A stretch of 64,000 nt of DNA, taken from NCBI GenBank assembly GCA_003971905.1, contig RSEE01000089.1, positions 186,001 to 250,000 on the forward strand. Direction: 5' to 3'. The DNA is from Moniliella sp. 'wahieum' (taxonomy: Eukaryota). Positions within the stretch are counted from its first letter, which is position 1. Each line of letters begins with the position of its first letter. The position numbers were made by a program, and so were the translations under genes. Positions 29,495 to 42,415 of the stretch are shown piece after piece. The notes beneath the pieces are model-generated. The model saw only the letters and a program-made list of their open reading frames with translations, did no database searches and was not told the origin of the DNA.

Positions 29495-29501
29495 TTTTAT
29501 A
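29495..29501 (-). promoter_or_regulatory. TATA box of enolase
   Basis: TATAAAA on the minus strand about 70 nt upstream of the ATG, in an otherwise GC-rich promoter. Confidence 0.65.
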
Positions 29502-32500
29502 GGGCAGCGACCGTCGGGGCGGTTATGCGCCTGTGGCACCAGCCCAGCCCCCCGGTGGTCGAGGTGGCTCCTGGGCGCAATCGGAAGCTAAGGGAAGCTG
29601 GGAGGGGGGCGTAGCGAGCTCAGGCCGCAGGCCTCAGGTTAACACACTGGCCCCGTGCTGCGCCGGGCCGGCGCTCCCCTGGCCCGTGCGGCCCCGCGCC
29701 CCTACCGGCCCGGTGCCAGGCCGCCCCGGGAAGGAGAGTGGCACTGGCGTTGTGCCGGGTCCCAGGCGGATAGTTTCAAACTCCTGGGGGCGAAAACCCG
29801 CACCACCTTGCTCGTCGCGTTCGGTCGGCACAGACGCAATCAAATCAACCAACATGCAATGTTCACTTCAAAGTGAACGCTCAACCCTCGGCATCAACGA
29901 ATGATTCCATCCGCCAGTGGTGCACCGACATCTGCCCTGCCTCCCCCCGTCTTGCCCACCAGGCCAGACGCAGGGCCCACATTTGTCGTCCCCTTAGGTA
30001 GGTCTTACCCTGCAACAGGACCAGGGTAAGGATTGGACGTCCAGCATTCAGAACCCGACCCAAATTCCCACACAACTTAGGGAAACAGGGCACGGCGAAA
30101 TATGCCCTCTCACCGATGTGGTTTGCATCTCGAAATATTGTTGTTGATGGTCAAGTGACTTACTATGACTTCCAATAGTTCGGACCCATCTGGCGCAGAT
30201 CGACCACAACTCACACAGTCCTCACACACCCAACTGCGAACTGCAATATACAATCCTCTGCGATCTCAAATCTCAGCACGCATCACGCCCTCATAATCAT
30301 TGAGGCCCACCACTGGGCCCCAGCCTGGCAATTGCTGGGGTTGCCATCCTTTCCTCCCTTTCCTCCGCTAGGATCAGCCTCAGCAGCCCTGCATTTCTCA
30401 ACGCTCAGCGAGTCCTAAAGCAATTAATGACGCATGGCACCATGCCAATCTTCGGACACCCTTTGTCGCGCAACTTGAAGGAATGGTGAAAAGGCTTCGT
30501 GATCCGCATGATCTTCTCTTCCAGGACGGCACCCGCGTAAACAAGCGCCGTGAGAAGTTGAAGTTTGAACGGTTCCTTTTGTCCCTCCTAGCATAGTAAG
30601 CAAGGGACATTGCCTGGATTTTTCTCTATAGATATTGAATCATAAGCCTCTGTAATGCGTGTCTGATCCGAGGGTGCCGCACGGTCCCCCTATTATATAC
30701 CAGTGCACTTCATCTATCCCAGCTGTCAACCGTCAGAGCGTCGCCTCTGAATTCATAGCATTTTGTGGTATAAGCATTTACTAGCGACTCCACTCGCGTC
30801 TTGATTTGTCGACACTCGAACTAGCAGCCACATGGATGAGCGATCCTGCGTTTGGTACAGGCGCAGCACGTTTCTTTGCCCCTGCCTTGAGATCGCGACA
30901 TTCACAAAACTTATGACAAGAACAAAGACTCGCTGCGTCTGCCGGGGTCCTTCATTCGGTATGTGTTACTCTTTTTAAAACACACAAGCCAATGCATTCC
31001 TTTTCTTCTTGTGCTTCATATATGCGCGTGCTGTCCCCGGCATAGGCATTGCAGTGGAATAGTGCGCAATTATCAAAAAACGGGATTCGTCCTTGTTGGA
31101 CCCGTGGTCCCGTACTTAGGCCAAGGTGCCTCATCACCCTTCACCCTGATTTGTCCTCCGAAGCCTCCAGTGTATACTCAGGCTTGTTTGAACCCCTGTC
31201 TCTAGGTGTGGCACAAGGCTTAGACCGAAACCAGCACCATCGCGATTGCATTGTTCTACACTTCCAGAGGTTCTTCACCCAACCCCTTGGGTTCCTCCGG
31301 TCTTACAGTCCTCTGTTGGGAGTATCTCTTTCTCCTTTATTGGGGGCTTCCTACCCGCAAAAAAGCCCCGACCTTTCCAACCCACACAATAAAGGGCAGT
31401 GCTGCCTATAAATCCTCCGTCCGTTGTCCTTCACAACTGCTTCATTTTTGTGGCTACTTCGAAGTGACGTACGAAACAACACTTGCAATATTGCATTCCA
31501 TGTTGTTCGAATCACGTGCCGGTAGGTTCTTGGCTGCATGTTGCTGGGCGAATGGTCGACAGGGTTACTCGCCCGCTTCGGTCCGCCCGGGGAGGGAGGG
31601 TTGACGATGCCGCCGAGTCGAGAGGTACCGGCACTGCCGGGACGTTCCGGGAAAAGGTCGGAGTGCCTGTGTCTGTGGTGCGTGAGGAGGGGAGGGAAAG
31701 GAAGCACGCAGAGCGTCTCATCGCCCGTGTATGGCCGGTACAATTAATAGCAGAGAGGGAGCGAACTACCAGCCTGGTGGGGGCCGGGGAGAGAGGGCCT
31801 GTGGGGGAGCCAATCCCGGAAAGGGCAGAGCGGGGCAGAGCGGGGCCCCGCGCTTGTGCCGACCCGTCCGACAGGACACGCGGCCCATCCCATCACTTCG
31901 GACTGCGAGAGCTTCCACTCATTCACGGCTTCATCATCGATTCATCATCCATCATCGATCATCCTCGGTCCCGCACCGGCCGCCGCGCCCCCCATCTTCT
32001 CACTCTCTTTCATTCCGGTACGGCCGCGCGCGTGAATACTGTTGCCACCGGAGGCCGGACCAGCGACGCTCAAGGGCACTTTGGTGCCAGTGGAGGCCTC
32101 TATTTTCGGCCCGACCCACCCGTCAGGCAGTTCAACGTTCAGACATTCGGAGCGGATTATGTGGGACACACGCGTGGCATGCGACGCATTCAAGTGATTC
32201 TCCATCAATAGTTATAACACTACTCAAAGGAGGCACACCAAAAAGGGGTTATAAAAGTCAACAGGGAACATGGATGGCGATGACCAAAACAACCTCAAAA
32301 GAAGCAAGATCCTGAATGGTCTGAACCCGAGAGAAGGCACCGTTGTGAGAGGCGGGCTACAGTGGGAGTGGTAAGAGGGGTTTCTGCTGGTTTTTGTCTT
32401 TGAGATGAGCAGGATCAAGGGGCGGACACTGAATGAGACTGAAGGGAACAGGATTGACAGCAAACCGAGCAGACAGAACAAAGCGTGAAAAGATGGGAAA

Positions 32501-32649
32501 GAAAGAAAGGCAAGAGGAAGATGCTGCCCACCCTATTGTGTGGGAATGATCGAGGAGGAAATGAGCAGAACAAACGCCAAAAATGGGAAAAATGATTCTG
32601 TGGGGGAAGCGGACCCAACAAAAGAGCGTGAAGAGCCAAAATATGATGT

Positions 32650-34670
32650 ACTTTACTTGTTTTCCTCGCTCGAGGATGAGTGGGCAAGCTCATCATCTGA
32701 TCTAGCAAGTGCTGGGTGCGATGCAGGTACATGGGGGACATGGGCGCTAGAGGTTGTCCCGATCGAGAAAGCCGCTCGAGGGACCCATCTCCATGGGCTT
32801 GCCAGCCAAAATGTCACGGCACTCCTTTTTGGCCAAATCAATCTGGCCCATGCGGAAGTGGAGGCGAGCGAGTTCAAAATGACTAAAGCTAGGGAAAGGA
32901 TGGTGTCAGCTCTCGGCCAATAAGTGGTGTAGGGGGGATAGCAACAACTCAGTAAGGAGAGAGGGGGTGGCAAGTACTACACTATATCAGAGATCGGTCT
33001 TGGCCCTCGAGGTAGGGCGCATATTCAAAGACGGAGATGAGGGAGCGGCACCCTTCGTTTGCCATCTCTTCCCGAGTACCCATCTTCATGTTGGGTGGGA
33101 GACGAGCAATGGTGCCCTCGCGAGGGTAGGCAACGTAGCTCAATGCTACCTGTGGGAAAGATGAGGGTCAGATCAACTATGTCAAGCAGGTAACGACCAT
33201 GAAACTCACTCCTTTGAGAACGAGGGTGGTGCAAAGTCCCCCATAGTAGTCGGCCGTGGTGCCATGTTCCTCGGCGAGGCAGATTAGTCAAGTAGGTGTG
33301 CATGTTCTCCAAAATGGGCAAGTAGTCTTGTACTATAGTGAACACGGCATGTACTGGTGCAGGTGGAACAAGTACATGTGCTCCCAATCAGTAACGTCGT
33401 CTTGCGGCCCGGAGTGAAGAACTTTCGGCCGAAGAACTTCATACCCTTCCATTGCCATTGCCCCACCGCCCGAACGAACAAGCATGGGCACCGTACGCAT
33501 AATTGTCGTCACCCCGATCTACCTGCGAAGGGTCCAACTCGTACAAAACAGCTCCCTTGAGGTACTGGAACATAGCCTTGCTCCAGTTGGATTCCTTACT
33601 GAGCGTATCGTAACAATCGTATGCTCCTTGCCAATCGCCAATGATAATGTAGCACGCAGCCAAGTCCCAGAGGCACAAGTGGATCATGTTGGAGGACGCC
33701 CCGGTTATTTTTCCAGGCGTTTTATGGTGATGTGCAACACCTCGATGGCTCGCTCGGGCAGGGCTTGGTTGAAAAGAGGCGAGCTTGGGCATGAAGGAAT
33801 AACGGTCCGTTGGGATACCGATCCAAGTTCCAGGTAGTAATGGCGTCACACAGCTCAAAGTCCAGGCTGGGAACGGGTGAGATCCAGAGACAATCAGTTG
33901 GAGGACGAGCGCTGCCAGTCAGCAAGGGCCGCTGCAACCCCTCACGCTCGATCGACATTTTGGGAGTAAAACGATTCTTGCTCCAACCCCCGGGGGCGAG
34001 TATATTTCATCCCCCGCATAGTGTCTTCTCGGTGTTGAGGAAGACCCAGGATGGAAGACACTCCAGAAGGAGCATGGTTTATCAGGTACAGCCCAACCCC
34101 TCTGGTCAACAGAACGGCACTGCGAAAGTCTTCGTCCAACACCCGAGCAGCCTTTTTGCCCCGGACCAACGCTTCTCAGCTTCATCATCAGTCACTTGGA
34201 TGTAATCGGTGAGCCCCAAAATGATCTTGCGTGCCGTTCTGAGCATGAGGACCAACCGCGCCATGGTTGTCGTGTTGCCAGTTTGAGCTGAGGTCATGAG
34301 ACCCAAAAGGATGCGCATCTCAGCAGCCAATACTTCCGCATGAAGTTGAACGTCTGACATGGAAGCGTAGACGGCATTGGATGCCGAGAAATTGAACAGC
34401 GCCTATCTTCGAGCGATGCTTACGGAGAAGCTCAGCAATACTGAGGGCATGGGCGCAACAGTGCATGGCAACCACCATGTCATCCTGATCGAACGAGGCG
34501 AGAGCACGGACACAGTTGACCAGCGCCATAGCGGCCGCGCTGTACGGCCGCGTCCCGGCATACTTTTTGATCGAGTCCCCAATGCCACCAATTTCGCCCG
34601 ATAGCGCCAAGTCCCGTACCACCCGTACCCGGTCGAGGTCATCCTTGAGCTCGGTGTAAGTCAGAGCCAC
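32650..34670 (-). CDS. Iml2/TTC39 (TPR-like) domain; probably the C-terminal half of the CRAL-TRIO gene; 3' end approximate
   Basis: CVRALASFDQDDM, QLHAEVLAAE, WNLDRYPNGPLFL, HLCLWDLAACY..DWQGAYDCYDTLSKESNWSKAMFQYLKG, HFELARLH. Confidence 0.8.
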
Positions 34671-35207
34671 ATCCTCACGGGATAAAGTCTTGGAAGGGAT
34701 GTAGCGCGGGACAATCTTACTGGGCGGGATCCAATTGATTGATCCCTCACTCTCCGAACTAGGGGTTTTACCGGTATCAATAGTGCCGGGTGACTCGAGG
34801 CTGGACGTTTGAGTTGTGGGGCGGGTGTGGTATTGGGGTTGGGAGATGCTGCGGATATCTTGGGGAGGGAACTTGATGTCGAACTCTTATCCGTCTGGTA
34901 AGATGTAGGGCTTCCGTGGGGGACGTCATTTTGGGGCGATGGCCATGGTGATACTGGCACTCCCAATGTGGTGTTGGCGCCAACGGTAGTTTTGGGTGCA
35001 CTAGAAATGCGTTGGCGAGGCGAATGAACGTGGGTGTTGCACCAACCCCTAGTGCGCCAACACCTGACCGCTCCGAATCTTCCAACGCAGTAGTGTTGCC
35101 CGTAGAAGCGAGCTGAGAAGACAGCCCTGAAACGCTACTTCCCAGCGAGGATGCCACAGGAGTGTAGGTGTGGGTAACGTACAACGGGATAAGTTCAGGA
35201 GAACGGG

Positions 35208-36883
35208 CTATACCACACGCACCGTACCTCCGCCAAAAGAGTCTTGCATCGTGTCTTGATCGTGTTGTGCAAGCCCACCAGGCTGGAATACTGTACTCCT
35301 GAATAGAGTCACCACCTCAGACCCGTTTGATCCAGACTTGGTGAACGTCCAAGTAACAGAGCCGTTCTCATTGAGAATGCCCGCACGATTGTAAACATTG
35401 GTAGCGTAGACAAACGGGCGGAGCTGTAGTTGCTTGAGCCGGACCTGAACTTGCAGCACGGTTCGGCGAAAATCAATGTCTTTCTCGCGGATCCCCTTCC
35501 GGAAGGCCAGCCCATTCCACAGAGAGTTGGTCGAGAGACTTCATGAGCTCTTGTAGTTCCAGCTCAATCATCTCGCCAATGTCGATATTACCCTGCACCT
35601 TGTCTTCCTCGGGATTGGGGTCGATATACCGCCATTGCCATTGTGCAGTGCCCCCAGGTGAACTGGGAGGGATTCTAACGGTACATAATGCTCCAAATCC
35701 TGGGCCTTGTTCGAAAAGTGAATCTTGCTTCGTACGGTTGAGTCAAGGATGGGCAGAATGGTTTGCCACACCCCACGAAAGGCCCAGGGCATCCGATGGA
35801 GAAAAGTTACCTCCATGCGCTCCAACATGACGAGCTGAAGGTACTTGATGGCAAACAGTACTGCTTGCCAGTCCATCGAATTCCCTTTAAAACCGTACAG
35901 ATCAACGATGAAGACAGCTTTTCCATACTGGCTTACTGTGAGCTGGTGGAGGTACTGAGTCACCAACACGATAAACCCCTGAAGCGCTTCTGTTGAGTGC
36001 CCCCCCGCAAGCATGCGTGCTGGATTCACAAACAAGGGCATGCTGATCCCATTCACCTCGGTAAAGCCTTGAATGTAGGCGGGTCCACGGTGAAAGAGGG
36101 AGGTATGTTCTGCTTCGCCGTGCTTGAGAATCCCGGGAACATCCAAGTCGTACCATGCACTGAGGACTTGCAGGGCACTGGTTGTACACATGTCAGTATT
36201 CAATCCGGCCCTCCATCAATAATCTCGGTAAGGGTTGTGTGCTCAGCCGCTAACTCACAGTGTCAAGGCATTCTCCACGTCGAAATCTCGCGCGCGCGCA
36301 GGAACCGTAGAAATAGGTCGTCCGCAAAGTCACCCTGACAAAGTTAAAGTAACGTATTTCATGTTAGTAAAGAAATCGCGTTGGCCAGGGGTACCCATGC
36401 ACAGCACAGAGCATTGCACTTGAGAGTAATACACATACCATTGTTCCTTGCCAGAATGCTTCGCGCAAAGCGGGCCGCCATAGACGTTGGTTAAGGCTTG
36501 CACAGGGGTGTTGCGGTCTTGAAAGTTGCGGGAAGTGGCCTCCTGGTCACCGAACACGAGGTTGGGAGAGCTGGTGAGGTCATGGTTAAGAAACTCAAGC
36601 GGCAGCTTGGGTACGGCCGATGGTCCTCCCACCATGCGGACCCGGTTGGACACATCCTGATGAAAATCACACGCCTCCAACGTGCGCACCCACATTTTTT
36701 TGAGCTGCGCCTTCTGGAAGGGCGAGAGGTTGCCTAGATGAAAAGGACGAGATTATCAAACCCAAGACGGGCGGTGCTCAGTGGTCAGGTACGACACTGC
36801 CTATAGGGAAAGAAGGATATGGACTTACCATTAAAGCCCGGCGGAACCGAGGGCGCATTGGGCGCAATGGGCACCGTGTTCAT
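35208..36883 (-). CDS. Sec14/CRAL-TRIO lipid-transfer domain (Csr1/Sfh-like); start tentative, 5' intron near 36828
   Basis: CRAL_TRIO_N motif DDLFLRFLRARDFDVENA (~36270-36325); core KAVFIVDLYGFKGNSMDWQAV..HRMPWAFRGVWQTILPILDSTVRSKIHF..LPVHLG; C-terminal LRPFVYATNVYNRAGILNENGSVTW. Confidence 0.85.
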
Positions 36884-37180
36884 CGCACGTCGCCAAACGT
36901 AATGCGGGTGGGTGAAGGGTGAAGGTGGTAGAGGGTAGATGCAGGGGTGGTGGTGGTGGTGTGGTGTTTCGAAAGGAGGGAGACAGCCGACATATGCTTC
37001 CATCCACGCAGAGGATGGATGAAATGATTGGCAAGCGGTGTCGTTGTACATATGTTCGGAGTTGATCAGGGGGTGTGGTGTCGTAGTGACCATAGTAACC
37101 ACCCCTAGTGGCCTGGCCAGTGACGCTAATACTAGTGCCGTCTCACCGCGGCTGTCTTGGAGACAAGCGTATCTTGACGT

Positions 37181-38665
37181 GTGAAGCTTGAAGCCTGAGC
37201 TTGTAGCCTATGGCTTGCGGCCTAGCTTGAGACCGAGGCCTGAAGCCTGAAGGAGGGGGGGAGATGACATACACCATTCGGGTCATGCAAATAGTGGGGT
37301 GCCCAGCGCTCATCAACACGCCACGGGATCCTTCTCACGAATAAGGCGAGAGAGCGGCATGATGCATGATGCATGACCAACAAAAGTGGAGCCGATCATA
37401 TCAATATGGCTCCTGTGTTGACCTGTGCTGCGTTCATTATTGCTCCGGGTCTGTTGGTTGCTCTCGCTCAGCCTCTGGGGCCTCAATGTGCCGGCCGCAA
37501 CGTTCAACCCCGGCGGCCATGTTAATCCCCGGACCAGCACCTACCCTGACTTCAAGGAGGGCGGTGGCGTCCAGAGCATAGCGGACGCTCTGCCAAGCAC
37601 ACAGAAGGTCCAAAAAGGTGTTGTGCTAGCTTTTGGCCACCGCAAGTAAGACAGCCCCATACGCGGAGACTTAATATATCCCGTCCCCACCCGCTCCCAA
37701 TATCCCAATGTCCAAACCCCATTGGGCGGCGACGGGCACGAGTCATCACCGGCACGGAGCCTACAGGCCCTCTCTGCCGTGCCCATCCCAGGCCCCTAAC
37801 GGGCGTAAGGCGTCGGGGCGCTTACGCTCAGCCCGCCCCAAGCGCATCGTGCGTCAGCACGCCAGCGCGCGTCAGCCCCACGCCCCCAATTCTTCAGCCA
37901 ACAGCCACACCTTCAGGGGTACTTTTGATGTATGTTGCACAACACCTGTGACATGTGATCGAGGATCTTAGTTCAGAATATATAGTTGGCTCGCAAAAAG
38001 AGCCACAAAACAAGAGGGTCTCCTTCTGGGCCCGATGCCCAACAGAAGCGAAGTGGTTAGCGCTGTGGGGGGGGGGGGGGAGGTGGGGTTACTAGTTACT
38101 AGTTACTAGCTACTCCCCGGGAGAGTGTGTGAGGGGAACTGTGTAAATGTAGGGCGGGTGGAATGGCCCCTCTTCCCCAGGAGTAAATTATCTCCACAGA
38201 GACAGGCCCAGCGCTGATGCCACATGGTGCGCGTTGGACGTTGGGCGTTGGGCTCCGATACATTGAACGTACATTGGCTTGTGCTAGCGACTAGTAGCTA
38301 AGGACGTGTGATGTGTGACGCGTGACGTGAGGCATACGAAGCATGGTGTATGATGCATGGTATCGGATGCATGATGCATGATGCGCGATTGGCCGATCGA
38401 TTGTCGACGATACAGACGCGATGCCGGAAGGGTTACGAGTACTGACCCTGTGCCTTGTGGAGCTGCGAGCGCGAGCCGGCAACTGGCACAGAGTGGTCAA
38501 ATGATCATCGGTCAAGCTTCAAGTGATGTGTGACCGGTGATGGATGATGCATGATGATCGATGACATGTGACAGGTCCATCGATGATACGGCAGGGCGGA
38601 GACAGCAGCAGAGCGCTTTGTCGTGAAGTTTTTTAAGTGCTACTATATACTAGCCTCAAGCTTCA
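37181..38665. repeat. Dense set of heptamer palindrome units in the divergent Sec14-Iml2 / PLC intergenic region
   Basis: TGA-AGCT-TGA 37182; TGA-TGCA-TGA-TGCA-TGA near 37360; TGA-CATG-TGA near 37949; TTA-CTAG x3 38089-38109; TGA-CGCG-TGA 38316; mosaic 38512-38571; TCA-AGCT-TCA near 38656. Confidence 0.8.
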
Positions 38666-39024
38666 CGCTTTTTAAGAGCAGGGATGGGGGGGGAATGACT
38701 TGTACTACACGTGTATATATTCACTGGTGGGCGCAGCTGCCAGGAGCACACCATCAGTTGCTGGCTGGCCCGTGGGGCCAAGAGGGGCGCTAGAGCGCGC
38801 TGCGCACGCTCAGCCCTGCTGCACAGTGCCCCTTGTTTTTGGCAGCAGCATGTGGGGCAGACACTCTTTCTCCCATTTGGTATTCCCGTCAGACTGCCAT
38901 TACAGACGAAAGAGAGGTGCCGAGAGTCCTGGCCTCTGTCACGTATCCCGGATTACTAGTTCCTTCCATCCCCCTCCTCCGACAGCGCTCGCTCACACCC
39001 GCACCCCCCACCCCCTCTTCCGAT

Positions 39025-40959
39025 ATGGCCCTCCCCTCCACTCTGGCCCACGAGTTTATGGGGAGCTCAACCCCTTCCACACGTCTGGGGAAGAGGGCGG
39101 CGAGGAGCATAGCACCTGGGCACACGCCAACTCCATTGGTGGCGGTGGTCTTCGCTTTGGCCCGCAGCATCAACGTGATCTGGAGGTATCACACCAAGCC
39201 GATCCCACCGCACCATTGCCTAAGCGTCTCCTCCCGTCAGCTACGCCCTGCGCCAGTACCTCTCTGCCGACCTGGGCCTGATCTCTGCGGCCGATGTTGG
39301 CTCGGAGGGAGACTGCACATCTCCTTCTGCCAAGGTCTCCGGTCTCTGGCCCGGCCAGAGGTCGAGGTGCCGACGGCCGCTGTGGTCGACCCAAGTCATC
39401 CGATCTCGTCCTACTTTATCTCCAGCAGCCACAATACCTACTTACTCGGTCAGCAGCTCGTAGGCAAAAGCAGCGACTCGGCCTACGTGCATGTGCTGCG
39501 AGCGGGTGCACGCTGTATCGAGATTGATGCGTGGGACAATGAGGAAGACGCAGAGGAGCCCAAGGTGACCCATGGACTGACCCTCGTCTCTCATATTCCT
39601 TACCGCTCCGTACTGCAAACCATCCGTCAAGAACTGGATTTGGTTGCATCCCAACTGGGACCCGGGGAGCAGCAGCCACCGCTATTTGTCAGCCTCGAGT
39701 GCCACTGTTCCCCCCAAGGACAGAGAGCGACTGGTATCCATCGCCAAAGAGGAGCTCGGCCCCCGCCTGGCTTCGTTACCCGAAGACGATCCTGCAAAGA
39801 AAACGTTGGCGGACTTGGCTGGACGGGTGATTTACCTTGTGGAGTGGTATGAGCAGGATGAGGTGCTCGAGCAGGAGCAGGAGCAGAGCAGAAGCAGGAG
39901 CAGGAGGAGATGGGAGGAGGGGAAGGTAAAAATGAGGAAGAGATGGATCCGCGCCCCCCAGTCAAAGTCAAGATCATTCCTGAGCTGCAAGCGCTGGGAT
40001 TGTACGCCAACTCAATCAAGCCCAAGGGTGACGCTTGGCTCAAGGGAGAGCTTTCCGAACCCAAAAACTGTTTGATCAACATTGGCGAAAGCGCCATAGG
40101 CGCCATCATCAACAAGGACGATTCGGACTTGAAAATCCACAGTAAGTTATGTTCTCTTCATCATCAATGGATTGTGAAACCAAAATGGTGCACACTGAAC
40201 TGTCCGGGTTGAATAGATTCCCGGAATTTGGTCCGTGTATACCCAGCCGGTACGCGGATCACGTCCAACAACTTGTACCCCCTCGACATTTGGGACTCGG
40301 GGGCGCACATGGCTTCGCTCAACTGGCAGAGGTTTGACGCAAATTTGCAAATGAACGATGCTCTGTTTGCAGGGTCGAACGGGGTGGTGCTCAAGCCAGC
40401 GCACCTGCGTCCTGACAACACGGGCCAGTTGCCGCTCCAGGTCCGGAAGACGGGCAAAGTAAAGTTGCAGATCCATGTGGTCGGGGCAAGCAACCTCCCT
40501 CTGCCTCGCGACCGCACCGACAATTCCATTCGTCCGTATGTGATGGCCTCGCTGTACCACCCGCACTGCCGTTCTGGTAAACCCATAAGCTGCCAAACTT
40601 CCGCCTACGACCAACACCATGACCTCGGCACCTTGCTCGGAGTCCAGCACCACCCGCCTGTCCACGAGCCTATCTGGAACCAAACGCTAGGGTGGATCTA
40701 TGATGCGGAGGGGGCGGATCTGGTGATGGTCCGTTTGCTGCTCAAGTCGGAAGACCGCTTGGCTCCAAACACTCTGTTTGCCGTGACTTCGATTCGGGTG
40801 GCATATGCACCCAAGGGTGCGTTGGGCTCTCCACTGCACGATCTTGCTCTGATCGGATAGTTTTGGTTTTCCAGATTACGTCTTCCTACGTCTTCTCGAT
40901 CTCTCTGGCATGGAGACCAATGCTCCCTTTTTGTTCGCTTTCAAGTTGAAGAGGTCTAG
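39025..40959 (+). CDS. Phosphoinositide-specific phospholipase C (X, Y and C2 domains); introns ~40143-40216 and ~40817-40874
   Basis: X box YFISSSHNTYL..ARCIEIDAWD..VTHGLT..SLECHC; Y box VRVYPAGTRITSNN..SLNWQRFDANLQMNDALF..VLKP; C2 domain QIHVVGASNLP..PYV..PIWNQ. Confidence 0.93.
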
Positions 40960-41412
40960 CAAAGAAAAAGCAAGGTACCAACGTGTTCGTGGTAGACCGG
41001 AAATATAAGAGTTTGTTTTCGGACCGCGCTTTTTGCGTCTCTATACCCCTGTATCATACCGATTTTAAGATTTACTTCATCTCCCCTCTCCGTCGCACAT
41101 TTCATGTGCGTCTCACACAAATGGAATGTAGGCAAGATCGAGTAGCAAGGCGTTCCCGTGTAGGAAGCGTATGGTCGTCGGGATCGGATAGATGGCACAG
41201 GGATATCAAAAAGGGAGAGAAATGCGGGAAGTATGCCGCGGGGCCAACGAAATCGAGAGAGGCAAAAGGGGTCCAGCCCCATGTTCAACGTTCAGCACTC
41301 CCAACATTCCAGAGAAAGGGGAGTGAAATGGAGCGGGCGTCCAGCGCTCCCCCAATGTAAAAAAAAACAGCACTCGAGGCGAAGGAGGAAAGTGATACCG
41401 AACTCAGCATCC

Positions 41413-42415
41413 CTAATTTCCACCGCCGGTGTTCTTGACCCAAAAGTCAAATAATCCCGTCGGTTCGCCACTGCTGCTGGCCAGGCGGTTGACAGAGGCG
41501 ATGTTGAGGTTCTTCATGACACCGTAAAAGGCAATGCCCTTGACCCAGTTGGTTTGTTGGGCAAACTGGTTGACCTCCTTGATATAGTTGTAGGCGTCCC
41601 CCTCGTTTGGCTCAGGCCCTCCCGAGAAGCTCTGCACGACGTCTCAGTAATGTAGATCGGTTTGCCAAAGGTCTGATGCCACTGTTGGAAGTATTGGATG
41701 GACTTTTGCGGATCCGACTGGTAGCTGTGCAACGAGTCATACGAGATGGCGTTCCACACGTCGCTGCACTCGGACTTGAACTGTGCATCCACTTGATTCC
41801 GTCGGGTGCACCATTGGTTGAGGGACCAATCAGCGTCCAGCCATCCTCGTTTTTGAGCGGTAAGAGGTACTGCCGGAAGAGCTGCATGCTTGGCCTGGGT
41901 TCATCTGGCCCTGACCTTGCTGGTTGACCTCGTTGGGACCCATGGCAACCTTGGCCTGATTTTGACGCGCGTTACGGTCGTTCAACACATACTTTTTCCA
42001 GTCGGAAATGCGCGAGCCCGAGTTGGACCACAGCATGGGGTAGAATTCAATTCCCTCGGGAATAAACCATTCAGCTGCCAGCGAACCAAGCGATCATATC
42101 TGTGGTCAGTCCAACCCGCAGACGAGGATCAGAGACGACGTACCGAGGGGACTGCCGGTGGCAGGTGTAGCGTCCCATGAGTAGAGCCATCCCATGCTCT
42201 TTTGGTAATGCGACGTCCATCGACCCTCCATTGGGCCACCCCAGTCCGTTCTTGGACTGCGAAGGCCCCGACGACGAGTTGCCGCGAGGCTTGTGGTGGT
42301 GGACAAAGCCGCTGTGACGACGCATCTGCGTTCGGTCGCCACCCATTGCCAAGCTTGGCACGTAGCCAAGGAAGCGCTGGCCAAGCCAGCTGCTCATAAG
42401 GGTGAAGAGCTTCAT
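41413..42415 (-). CDS. Secreted GH128 (Asl1-like) beta-1,3-glucanase
   Basis: Signal-like N-terminus; KNGLGW; WLYSW; GIEFYPMLW; GPNE (acid/base); LIGPS; LHSY; FGKPIYITE (nucleophile). Confidence 0.88.

Noticed and set aside
29900..32500. Possible gene or transposon relic between enolase and the Iml2 domain
   Set aside because: No ORF with transposase, RT, integrase or other recognisable motif, and no terminal repeats seen.
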